Below are positions 8,125-16,189 of a stretch of 64,000 nucleotides of DNA, piece after piece; position 1 is the first letter of the stretch, and each line of letters begins with the position of its first letter. The stretch spans positions 8,075-72,074 of the forward strand of contig CALXVQ010000003.1 in assembly GCA_944392135.1 (NCBI GenBank), in the 5' to 3' direction. The notes beneath the pieces were generated by a model that saw nothing but the letters and a program-made list of their open reading frames with translations, was not told the DNA's origin and searched no databases. Position numbers and translations under genes: made by a program. The DNA is from an uncultured Rickettsiales bacterium (GTDB lineage Bacteria; Pseudomonadota; Alphaproteobacteria; Rickettsiales; UBA1997).

Positions 8125-11100
8125 ATGTTAAAACGAATATTAGGATTAGACTTAGGTATTTCAAGTATCGGTTGGGCAATTACCGAGATTGATGATTTGG
8201 ATTTTGTTAACAATAATGGTGAAGTTTTTCTTAGAAATGGAAAAATTGTTGATTGTGGTGTTAGAATTTTTGATGCTTGCGAACAGCCTGGTAATAAACA
8301 TGAAGCTTCTGCATTACCAAGAAGAAATGCTAGATTAAATAGAAGAAGATTATTTAGAAAGTCAGCTAGATGTAAAAAAATTAGAGAATTATGTGAAAAA
8401 CAATTTAATATTAAAATTGATGATAAATTTTTTAAAAAAACATTAGATAAAAATGATTTTAAAGATGTATGGATTTTAAGAAAAGAAGCATTAGAAAGAA
8501 AATTAAATGAAATAGAATTAAGTAGAGTTTTGTGTCATATAGTAAAGCATAGAGGTTGGGCTAGCAGAAGAAAAAGCGAAGAAAAAGAAGGTGATTCTGG
8601 TAAAATGAAAACTGCTATTGATAAATTAAAACAAGAATTAGGAGATGATAAAACACCTGGTTATTATTATGGAAAATTAAAAGCTGAAAGTTTAAATTAT
8701 GATAATGAAAAAATAATAAACGAACATCAAAATTATGATCATTGTATTGGAAGAAGTCAAAATGAATTTGAAATAAAAAAAATTTTTGAAAAACAGAGAA
8801 AATTTGGTTTTGATAAATTAAATGATGATTTTGAAAATGAAGTTTTAAAATTATTTAATTATGAAAAAGAAACTAAATCAATCAAAGATATGATTGGTTT
8901 TTGTTTATTTGAAAAAGGTGAATTTAGAGCACCAAAAGAATCTTATTCTGCTGAATTATTTAATGTTTATACAAAAATTAATAATTTAAAAGTATTAGAT
9001 ACAAAAGATGTTGATTATGATAAAAAGTTTAATAGTTTAGTGGAATTATTCAAAACTAAAAAAGAAGTAAAATATAAAGATATTAGAAAAGAATTAAAAC
9101 TTGATGATAATTATAAATTTAAAGGTTTAGATTATTATCAAGCTGAATATGTTGAATTTAAAAAAGCTAAAAATTCAACAGAATTAACATTATCTAATAC
9201 AGATAAAAATAATATTGAAAAATATAAATTAGAAGGCTTTTTTATAGAAGAACCAGATAAAGCTAGAAAAGTATTTTTTAAAAATGATAAAGGTGAATAT
9301 AAATATAAAAGCAAAAACGATATAGAAAATGTAAAAATATATTCAATGGTTGGTTATCATAAAGTTAAAGATGTATTAAATGATGAAGAATTTAAAAAAT
9401 ATATAGAAAAGGATAAAGATTCACCATTTATAATAGATACTATAATGGAAGCTTTGTCATATGAAAAAAATGATGAAAAAAGTAAAAAATATATGCAAGA
9501 TCATAATATTCCAGAAGATATTATTGATAAATGTTTAAATATTCAAACTAGTAATTTTATTCATATATCTTGTAAAGCTATTAGAAATTTATTACCATAT
9601 TTAGAAAAAGGTTTAACTTATGATAAAGCTTGTTTAGAGTGCAATTATGAATTTAAAGATGACTCAAAAAACAATCAACAAGATTTTTTGCCTACATTAG
9701 AAGAATATACAAAAGAAAATGATATTGCTAAATTAACAAATCCAGTAGTAAAAAGAACTCTATCACAAACAAGAAAAGTAATAAATGCAATTATTAGAAA
9801 ATATGGAAATTTTGATCAAATAAATATAGAATTCACAAGAGATTTAGGAAAATCTGCTGATGAAAGAATTAAAATTGAAAGAGGGCAAAAAGAATTTAGA
9901 GATTTAAAAGAAGAATTAAAAAAAGAAGCTTCTTTAATATTACATGTAAATGAAGATGTAATAACTGATAAACAAATTTTAAAATTAAGGCTATACAAGC
10001 AACAAGAAGGAAAAAGTTTATATTGTAATCCATTAGAAAAATTACCAGATTTAAAAGAAATTTTAACTGATGATAAATGTTGCGAAATAGATCATATTTT
10101 GCCTTATTCAAAAAGTTTTGATGATTCTTTAAATAATAAAGTTTTAGTTTTACCAAAAGAAAATCAAAACAAACAAAACAGAATACCTTTTGAATATTTA
10201 AAAGATAGCAATTGGGAAGAATGGAAAAAAATTATATGGAGTATACAAAGTTTACCATATATAAAAAGAAAAAATTTAACAACTGAAAGTTATGATTTTG
10301 TAGATAAATGGAAAGCTAGAAATTTATGTGATACAAGTTATATATCAAAATATTTAGTAAAATATTTATCTAAAAGCTTAAAATTTAAAGAAAATGATAA
10401 AATAAAAAATAAAATTCAAGTTAGACCGGGACAATTAACATCTTATTTAAGACATATATGGGGCTTAGGTGAAAAAATTAGAAGTGATGGCGACACACAT
10501 CATGTAGTTGATGCTATTATTATTGCTTGTGCTACTCAATCAATGTGTCAAATGATTTCTGCACTACATGCTACACAAAGAAGTGAAGATGTAAAACAAC
10601 AACAAAAAGAAATTTTTGATAAAATAAATAAATTAAAATCTTTATCAAAAACAAAAGAAATTGAAGAAAAAATTAAAGAATTAGAAGAAGAAAGCAAATG
10701 GTATAATTTAATTGAATCTAGACATATATTAGAAGGGCATTGTAAATTAAATGGTATATGGGAAAATTTTGTAAGTGATGTTACTAAAAAAGTAAACAAT
10801 TTAACAAAAACAAATGAAACAACTGGTTTACCAGAAAACAATCAAAATATTGTTTCACGAATGCCACGAAGAAAAATCACAGGAGAAGCTCATGATGCAA
10901 CAATAAAAGGTTTAGATAAAGTAGAAAATATAACTTATACTAAAACTAAATTATCAAAATTAACATTAAAAAATATAGAAAATTTGCAAGACAAAGATGG
11001 TGCCTCTAAAAATTTATATAATATATTAAAAAATAGATTAGAAGAATTTAATGGAGATGCCGAGAAAGCATTTAAAGAACCTATTTATATGACTAATAAA

Positions 11101-11670
11101 AATGAAGAATATGATGAAAATAAAACTCCACAAATAAAAAGTGTAAAATTAGTTTCTAATTATACAGGTGGTGGAGTTGAAATAAATAATGGTATTGCTC
11201 AAAATGGTGGTATGCCAAGAGTTGATATATTTTACAAAGATAACAAATATTATGCAGTTCCAATTTACATTGCTGATTTTGTAAAAGATGAATTGCCAAT
11301 CTTATCAAAACCACACAATATTGATTTTCCAATTGAAGAAAAAGAAGATGATAAATTTTACAATAAACATTTTGTTTTTAGTTTATATAAAGATGAGTTG
11401 ATTTATTTTAGAACAAAGAAAAACGAACAATATTTTGGTTATTTTTGTTCTTTTGATGCAAGTCAAGCTAATACAATTAAAATAGAATCATTAGATAGAA
11501 GTAAAAAATATTTAGTTGGCAATAAATATGATAAAGAAATTAGGATATCCTTAGGTAGTATAATATCTTTAAAAAAATTTCAAGTAGATCCATTAGGTTA
11601 TATAAACGAAGTAAAACAAGAAAAGCGACAAGGTATAATTGAGAAAAAATGTAAAAAACAAAAAAATTAA
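8125..11670 (+). CDS. cas9: Cas9, type II-C architecture (1181 aa from ATG 8125)
   Basis: RuvC-I ILGLDLGISSIGWAI; Arg-rich bridge helix ALPRRNARLNRRRLFRKSAR; HNH CEIDHILPYSKSFDDSLNNKVLVLPKENQNKQNRIPFEY; RuvC-III THHVVDAIIIACAT. Only cas1 and cas2 follow (no csn2 or cas4), which indicates II-C. The tracked start at 8068 is a TTG that adds 19 hydrophobic residues. Confidence 0.95.
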   Translation: MLKRILGLDLGISSIGWAITEIDDLDFVNNNGEVFLRNGKIVDCGVRIFDACEQPGNKHEASALPRRNARLNRRRLFRKSARCKKIRELCEKQFNIKIDDKFFKKTLDKNDFKDVWILRKEALERKLNEIELSRVLCHIVKHRGWASRRKSEEKEGDSGKMKTAIDKLKQELGDDKTPGYYYGKLKAESLNYDNEKIINEHQNYDHCIGRSQNEFEIKKIFEKQRKFGFDKLNDDFENEVLKLFNYEKETKSIKDMIGFCLFEKGEFRAPKESYSAELFNVYTKINNLKVLDTKDVDYDKKFNSLVELFKTKKEVKYKDIRKELKLDDNYKFKGLDYYQAEYVEFKKAKNSTELTLSNTDKNNIEKYKLEGFFIEEPDKARKVFFKNDKGEYKYKSKNDIENVKIYSMVGYHKVKDVLNDEEFKKYIEKDKDSPFIIDTIMEALSYEKNDEKSKKYMQDHNIPEDIIDKCLNIQTSNFIHISCKAIRNLLPYLEKGLTYDKACLECNYEFKDDSKNNQQDFLPTLEEYTKENDIAKLTNPVVKRTLSQTRKVINAIIRKYGNFDQINIEFTRDLGKSADERIKIERGQKEFRDLKEELKKEASLILHVNEDVITDKQILKLRLYKQQEGKSLYCNPLEKLPDLKEILTDDKCCEIDHILPYSKSFDDSLNNKVLVLPKENQNKQNRIPFEYLKDSNWEEWKKIIWSIQSLPYIKRKNLTTESYDFVDKWKARNLCDTSYISKYLVKYLSKSLKFKENDKIKNKIQVRPGQLTSYLRHIWGLGEKIRSDGDTHHVVDAIIIACATQSMCQMISALHATQRSEDVKQQQKEIFDKINKLKSLSKTKEIEEKIKELEEESKWYNLIESRHILEGHCKLNGIWENFVSDVTKKVNNLTKTNETTGLPENNQNIVSRMPRRKITGEAHDATIKGLDKVENITYTKTKLSKLTLKNIENLQDKDGASKNLYNILKNRLEEFNGDAEKAFKEPIYMTNKNEEYDENKTPQIKSVKLVSNYTGGGVEINNGIAQNGGMPRVDIFYKDNKYYAVPIYIADFVKDELPILSKPHNIDFPIEEKEDDKFYNKHFVFSLYKDELIYFRTKKNEQYFGYFCSFDASQANTIKIESLDRSKKYLVGNKYDKEIRISLGSIISLKKFQVDPLGYINEVKQEKRQGIIEKKCKKQKN

Positions 11671-11678
11671 TTTTTATT

Positions 11679-11703
11679 AGGCACTATTGAGTGCCTTTTT
11701 TAT
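11679..11703 (+). terminator. Hairpin with T-tract between cas9 and cas1
   Basis: AGGCACT-ATTG-AGTGCCT followed by TTTTTTATT, 9 nt after the cas9 stop. Confidence 0.55.
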
Positions 11704-11722
11704 TAATAAATTTTTAATTAAC

Positions 11723-12625
11723 ATGTCTTGGAGAATAATTTTAATTACAAAACCTTGTAAAATATCTTACAAAAATAATCAATTAGTTTATCAACCACAA
11801 GATGAAGAGGAATTGCAAGTTCCATTAGAAGATATAGGGGCTATTGTAATAGATACACCACAAATAAATATTACTGGTTATTTATTATCGGAAATTGCAA
11901 ATAATAAAATTGTTGTTTTAACTACTGATAATTCACATACACCAAATGGAATTTTTTTGCCATATATGCAATATTATAAAAATGCAGAAACTGCCTTCTT
12001 ACAAAGAGATTGGAGTGAAGCTTTTAAAAAAAGATTGTGGCAAAAAATAGTTCAACAAAAAATACAAAATCAAGCATTATGTATAAAAAATATAAATAAT
12101 AATTTATATAAATATTTAATTGGTTTATCAAAAGAGGTTTTATCGGGTGATACATCTAATATTGAAGGAAGAGCAGCAAAAGAATATTGGAAAGTATATT
12201 ATAATAATTTTATAAGACATGATAACACAAAAGTAAATTCTGCTTTGAATTATGTTTATATGATTACTAGAAGTTTAATAGCAAAAAATTTATCCGCATT
12301 AGGTTTTATTACTTGTTTTGGTTTGCATCATTGTAATATGTATAATTCTTTTAATTTAGCCGACGATTTAATAGAACCATTTAGAGGAATTATAGATTTT
12401 AGAGTAAAAAAATTATATGACATTGATGATAAAGATGATACACTTACAATAGAAGACAAACAAAAACTTATAGAAATTATTTTTTATGAAGTTAATTATG
12501 GGGGACAAAATTATAATATGATGTATGCTACACAATTATTAACTGAAAATCTATTAAACATTACAAAAAATAATGAAGCAAAAAATTTTATTTTACCAAC
12601 TTTTCCTAAGGATTTATTATTTTGA
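11723..12625 (+). CDS. cas1: Cas1 integrase
   Basis: 300 aa from ATG 11723 (MSWRIILITKPCKISYKNNQLV...). Cas1 motifs are present: NIEGRAAKEYW, FGLHH, ADDLIEPFR. The tracked TTG start at 11687 lies inside the upstream terminator hairpin. Confidence 0.9.
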   Translation: MSWRIILITKPCKISYKNNQLVYQPQDEEELQVPLEDIGAIVIDTPQINITGYLLSEIANNKIVVLTTDNSHTPNGIFLPYMQYYKNAETAFLQRDWSEAFKKRLWQKIVQQKIQNQALCIKNINNNLYKYLIGLSKEVLSGDTSNIEGRAAKEYWKVYYNNFIRHDNTKVNSALNYVYMITRSLIAKNLSALGFITCFGLHHCNMYNSFNLADDLIEPFRGIIDFRVKKLYDIDDKDDTLTIEDKQKLIEIIFYEVNYGGQNYNMMYATQLLTENLLNITKNNEAKNFILPTFPKDLLF

Positions 12626-12633
12626 GGTATTTT

Positions 12634-12966
12634 ATGGACTATACAAGGGATAAATTTATGAGAATGTTAGTATTTTTTGATTTACCTGTTAAAACAAAAG
12701 AAATGATGAAACAGGCAAATAAATTTAGAAAAGTTTTATTAAATGATGGCTTTCAAATGTTACAATTATCTGTTTATTCTAGAATAATTAGAAATGATTG
12801 TAATGTAGAAACTCACTTGCAAAATATAAAAAAACAAATACCACCACATGGTAGTATAAGAGTTTTAACAGTTACAGAAAAACAATATGCCAGCATGGAA
12901 ATTTTAGTTGGAGAACAAACAAAACAAGAAAAAAAAGTTGGACCTCAACAGCTTTTATTATTTTAA
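12634..12966 (+). CDS. cas2: Cas2
   Basis: ATG 12634 lies 6 nt after GAGG. FMRMLVFFDLPVKTKEMMKQANKFRKVLLNDGFQMLQLSVYSR is the typical type II Cas2 N-terminal ferredoxin fold. The tracked TTG start at 12622 overlaps the cas1 stop. Confidence 0.85.
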   Translation: MDYTRDKFMRMLVFFDLPVKTKEMMKQANKFRKVLLNDGFQMLQLSVYSRIIRNDCNVETHLQNIKKQIPPHGSIRVLTVTEKQYASMEILVGEQTKQEKKVGPQQLLLF

Positions 12967-13020
12967 TAAATCTCAAAAAAATGAAAAAATTTTATAAATT
13001 TTTCTAAAAAATTCTCATTT

Positions 13021-13062
13021 TTTCTTTAAAAAAATACAAAACAAACCCTTTATTATCAAGGG
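13021..13062 (-). terminator. Possible terminator for minus-strand array transcription
   Basis: On the minus strand: CCCTT-GATAATA-AAGGG followed by TTTGTTTTGTATTTTTTT. On the plus strand no T-tract follows the hairpin. The stem is short (5 bp). Confidence 0.35.
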
Positions 13063-13076
13063 CTAAAAAGCTTGCT

Positions 13077-14829
13077 ATTCTAACATAGGAAATTAAAAAC
13101 GCAAGCTATAACAGGCGTTGCCAACGCCTTTACTGGCGGTATATTCTAACATAGGAAATTAAAAACGCAAGCTATAACGTAAAATCATTCAGTAAGTTCA
13201 TCATTTTCATTCTAACATAGGAAATTAAAAACGCAAGCTATAACGATGATATAATAATTTTTCAACAAGCAACAATTCTAACATAGGAAATTAAAAACGC
13301 AAGCTATAACTAGGTTTGTTGTGTTCTGAATACAATCAAGATTCTAACATAGGAAATTAAAAACGCAAGCTATAACTGTTAATTGTTCGTCAATATTGAT
13401 TTTGCCATTCTAACATAGGAAATTAAAAACGCAAGCTATAACAAAAAGCTTTTGTTTTTCTTGTTTGTATAAATTCTAACATAGGAAATTAAAAACGCAA
13501 GCTATAACTTCGGCTTCTCAGTCCTCAAACTCTTCTGTATTCTAACATAGGAAATTAAAAACGCAAGCTATAACAAAAAATGTCTTATAATAAAAATACA
13601 CGAAATTCTAACATAGGAAATTAAAAACGCAAGCTATAACTATACGCGCAAATGACACCACCTTATAAAAATTCTAACATAGGAAATTAAAAACGCAAGC
13701 TATAACGTTATTTCTGCAATCAAATTATTTGCAAAAATTCTAACATAGGAAATTAAAAACGCAAGCTATAACAAGAAAGGAAGAGAATAGTAATGAGGCT
13801 TAATTCTAACATAGGAAATTAAAAACGCAAGCTATAACAGCCGTATTTGACATTTTTTCTTGGAATGCCATTCTAACATAGGAAATTAAAAACGCAAGCT
13901 ATAACAACGAAATTCCTTGAACTTTTGTTGGCAAAATTCTAACATAGGAAATTAAAAACGCAAGCTATAACTGAGGTATTGCTCGTCACCTAGACCGTTT
14001 TATTCTAACATAGGAAATTAAAAACGCAAGCTATAACTGTAAGTCTAACTCGCCCAACTATTGAAAAATTCTAACATAGGAAATTAAAAACGCAAGCTAT
14101 AACCGCGGTTGTGTTGATTTTAAAGGTATCTCCATTCTAACATAGGAAATTAAAAACGCAAGCTATAACCGCGGTTGTGTTGATTTTAAAGGTATCTCCA
14201 TTCTAACATAGGAAATTAAAAACGCAAGCTATAACTAGATTTATATTCAGCCCATTCTTTTACAGATTCTAACATAGGAAATTAAAAACGCAAGCTATAA
14301 CTGAATCAAATAAACCCATAAGCAACTCCTTATTCTAACATAGGAAATTAAAAACGCAAGCTATAACTTGGCAGTATGGCATTGTCGATGTAGGTTAATT
14401 CTAACATAGGAAATTAAAAACGCAAGCTATAACCGGTTATAAAGGTAAGATATCTGCTCTCCAATTCTAACATAGGAAATTAAAAACGCAAGCTATAACC
14501 GGTTATAAAGGTAAGATATCTGCTCTCCAATTCTAACATAGGAAATTAAAAACGCAAGCTATAACAAATAAGAATCTTTATAACTTTTATTTTCTATTCT
14601 AACATAGGAAATTAAAAACGCAAGCTATAACAGATACGACAACCGACACTTCTATCCCATTATTCTAACATAGGAAATTAAAAACGCAAGCTATAACAGG
14701 ACTACAAAACTATAAGACAGAGCAAAAATTCTAACATAGGAAATTAAAAACGCAAGCTATAACAATTAAAAAAATTAATAAAATTATTAAAATATTCTAA
14801 CATAGGAAATTAAAAACGCAAGCTATAAC
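13077..14829 (-). CRISPR. Type II-C CRISPR array, 27 repeats and 26 spacers
   Basis: There are 27 identical 36-nt repeats. Plus strand: ATTCTAACATAGGAAATTAAAAACGCAAGCTATAAC. crRNA sense (minus strand): GTTATAGCTTGCGTTTTTAATTTCCTATGTTAGAAT. Spacers are 30 nt (spacer 12 is 31 nt), giving a 66-nt period. The first repeat is 13077-13112 and the last is 14794-14829. Orientation rests on the GTT... start, tracrRNA complementarity and the extended -10 TGTTAGAAT at the repeat 3' end. Confidence 0.97.
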
Positions 14830-14832
14830 ATC

Positions 14833-14926
14833 TTGCCTTTTCTGCCCATATAGAACAAAACATTTATTAGTAAGTTTGTTGCAAATATTTTATTGAGTTT
14901 TTGTTCTATATGGGCAGAAAAGGCAA
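14833..14926. repeat. Perfect 28-bp inverted repeat with a 38-nt loop
   Basis: 14833-14860 is TTGCCTTTTCTGCCCATATAGAACAAAA. 14899-14926 is its exact reverse complement, TTTTGTTCTATATGGGCAGAAAAGGCAA. Confidence 0.9.
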
Positions 14927-14961
14927 TTTTAGCGAATCTATTTTTATAGTCAAGCTATAAC
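14926..14961 (-). repeat. psiR1: divergent 36-nt CRISPR-repeat-like element
   Basis: Minus strand: GTTATAGCTTGACTATAAAAATAGATTCGCTAAAAT. It has the same length as the canonical repeat and 23/36 identity by eye, with both termini conserved. It is identical to psiR2. Confidence 0.85.
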
Positions 14962-15218
14962 TTCGCATCTAGATAATCAAAAGGGCCATCTATAATAGCA
15001 TCTATAAACATCTCTTTTGCTCTCTCTTCAACTTCATCTTCATTTTTTATATATGAATTATCTGCTAATATTAAGCCTGTGTCTGGGTGTCTTACATAAT
15101 CCTCAACTACTATACCTACTTCTTTAGCAGCATCTTCTTCAAAACTATCTCTATAATCCTCCCAAACTTCTTTAATATACTCATCTAAACTAGATGTCTT
15201 CTCTTTATTATTACTCAT
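14955..15218 (-). CDS. Hypothetical small, strongly acidic protein (87 aa; 25 D/E versus 10 K/R)
   Basis: Tracked ORF. Its TAG stop is the TAG inside the GTTATAG of psiR1. I recognise no domain. Confidence 0.5.
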   Translation of the reverse strand: MSNNKEKTSSLDEYIKEVWEDYRDSFEEDAAKEVGIVVEDYVRHPDTGLILADNSYIKNEDEVEERAKEMFIDAIIDGPFDYLDAKL

Positions 15219-15227
15219 ATTTTCTCC

Positions 15228-15599
15228 TTAAATCATTCTAACTATATTAATATTAAAAATTATTATTAAATAACCTAACATTCCTATTAATAAAAAAAAA
15301 CTAACTATAAACTTAACTATTTTAAATCCTAAAGTTTTTTCTATATCTATATCTTCATATATAATTTCACTTTTAGGACAATAAAAACTAAAATCTGTTC
15401 TAGGTTTAAAATATTCTGTTATATCTAATGTTTCTATATCCACACCAGTTTCATTCCAAAACTTAAATACCTTAATATTATCACTCTTTATATCTTCTAT
15501 ATCTTTAAGAGTACTAATATTATTTTTCTTAAAATATTGGACTACTTGTTGTAATGTTTTACTCTGGTGTCCTTTAATTTCTAATCCGTTATATATCAT
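15228..15599 (-). CDS. Hypothetical protein with a C-terminal transmembrane anchor (123 aa)
   Basis: Tracked ORF with a C-terminal hydrophobic helix, FKIVKFIVSFFLLIGMLGYLIIIFNI. It lies 9 nt upstream of the acidic ORF on the same strand. Its ATG overlaps (ATGA) the end of a start-less 43-codon frame that begins inside psiR2. Confidence 0.5.
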   Translation of the reverse strand: MIYNGLEIKGHQSKTLQQVVQYFKKNNISTLKDIEDIKSDNIKVFKFWNETGVDIETLDITEYFKPRTDFSFYCPKSEIIYEDIDIEKTLGFKIVKFIVSFFLLIGMLGYLIIIFNINIVRMI

Positions 15600-15698
15600 T
15601 CTTCTACCATTTTTAATGCTTCTAGTATAGCTTCTTTTTGTATACTTAAAGCTAAATCTCTAAATTTTCTCTTAACTTCACTAGGAACTTCACTTTCT

Positions 15699-15734
15699 AT
15701 TTTAGCGAATCTATTTTTATAGTCAAGCTATAAC
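15699..15734 (-). repeat. psiR2: divergent 36-nt CRISPR-repeat-like element
   Basis: 36/36 identical to psiR1, with unrelated flanks on both sides. Confidence 0.85.
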
Positions 15735-16154
15735 TGCTGAAAGCCAACACTTTCTGAACTTTATTAATAAGTTTCTTGTACATATTTGTTAAAGTATAGC
15801 AATGTTAAAGCTATATAGACTTAATATTTTAAATTTATTTACTTTTAAAAATATTATTATATAATGTAAATGTAAGGTTTGTAGAGGAACGAGCTTTGCC
15901 TCCTAGTGCCTGTCTACATAGTAATTATTAATTAGTAGTGTAACCTTTAATAGCCTTACATCTAATAATCATAATAAGCTGTAATTACTAATTGTATTTT
16001 TAAATTCTTAAAATTTGGTTCTACAACAGCAGTTTTACCTTTATACCTTAATTTTAAAGCATTGCCATTTTCTTCAATTTTATCTTTTTAATAGTGTCTG
16101 TTAAATCATCAAAAATTTTTCAATGGTTATTTTATTTCTTTCTTGTATCTATTA

Positions 16155-16189
16155 ATTTTAGCGAATCTATTTTTATAGTGGACTATAAC
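16155..16189 (-). repeat. psiR3: divergent CRISPR-repeat-like element (35 nt)
   Basis: Minus strand: GTTATAGTCCACTATAAAAATAGATTCGCTAAAAT. It differs from psiR1/2 only in the centre of the TTATAG-N-CTATAA hairpin (CTTGA becomes TCCA), so the stem is preserved. Confidence 0.8.

Noticed and set aside
9816-10841. Antisense ORFs inside cas9 (9816..9998, 9896..10156, 10548..10841). Similar antisense or alternate-frame ORFs occur inside most long genes, for example 1059..1385, 24376..24771, 27426..27719, 46202..46510, 55451..55810, 58073..58990 and 60720..60980.
   Set aside because: These are low-complexity, Leu/Ile/Phe/Lys-rich translations on the opposite strand or in another frame of clearly conserved genes. 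They are the expected by-product of AT-rich sequence with few stop codons in some frames.
11687-11722. Tracked TTG start of cas1 (MSAFFINKFLIN...).
   Set aside because: It lies inside the cas9 terminator hairpin. ATG 11723 gives the usual ~300-aa type II Cas1 beginning MSWRIILI.
14860-14895. The 36-38-nt centre of the palindrome as a decayed CRISPR repeat, and 15826-15861 (ATTTTAAATTTATTT...) as a fourth psiR.
   Set aside because: By-eye identity to the repeat or to psiR is only about 8-14 of 36 positions, which is what AT-rich sequence gives by chance. Only the phase (2 x 66 nt) supports the first idea.
14829-15218. TAG read-through or recoding. The acidic ORF, the TAG in psiR1 and the following 44 codons (LDYKNRFAKIAFSAHIEQ...) are all in one frame, ending on the TAG of repeat 27. 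The peptide (D/H)YKNRFAKI is encoded by all three psiR copies.
   Set aside because: No in-frame start exists downstream of the TAG. In psiR3 the 1-nt shorter loop breaks the frame relationship, and upstream of psiR2 there is a TAA only 10 codons away. TAG is used as an ordinary stop elsewhere in the window. Identity at the nucleotide level with abrupt borders fits a DNA/RNA element better than a coding motif. It is kept only as an alternative to test.
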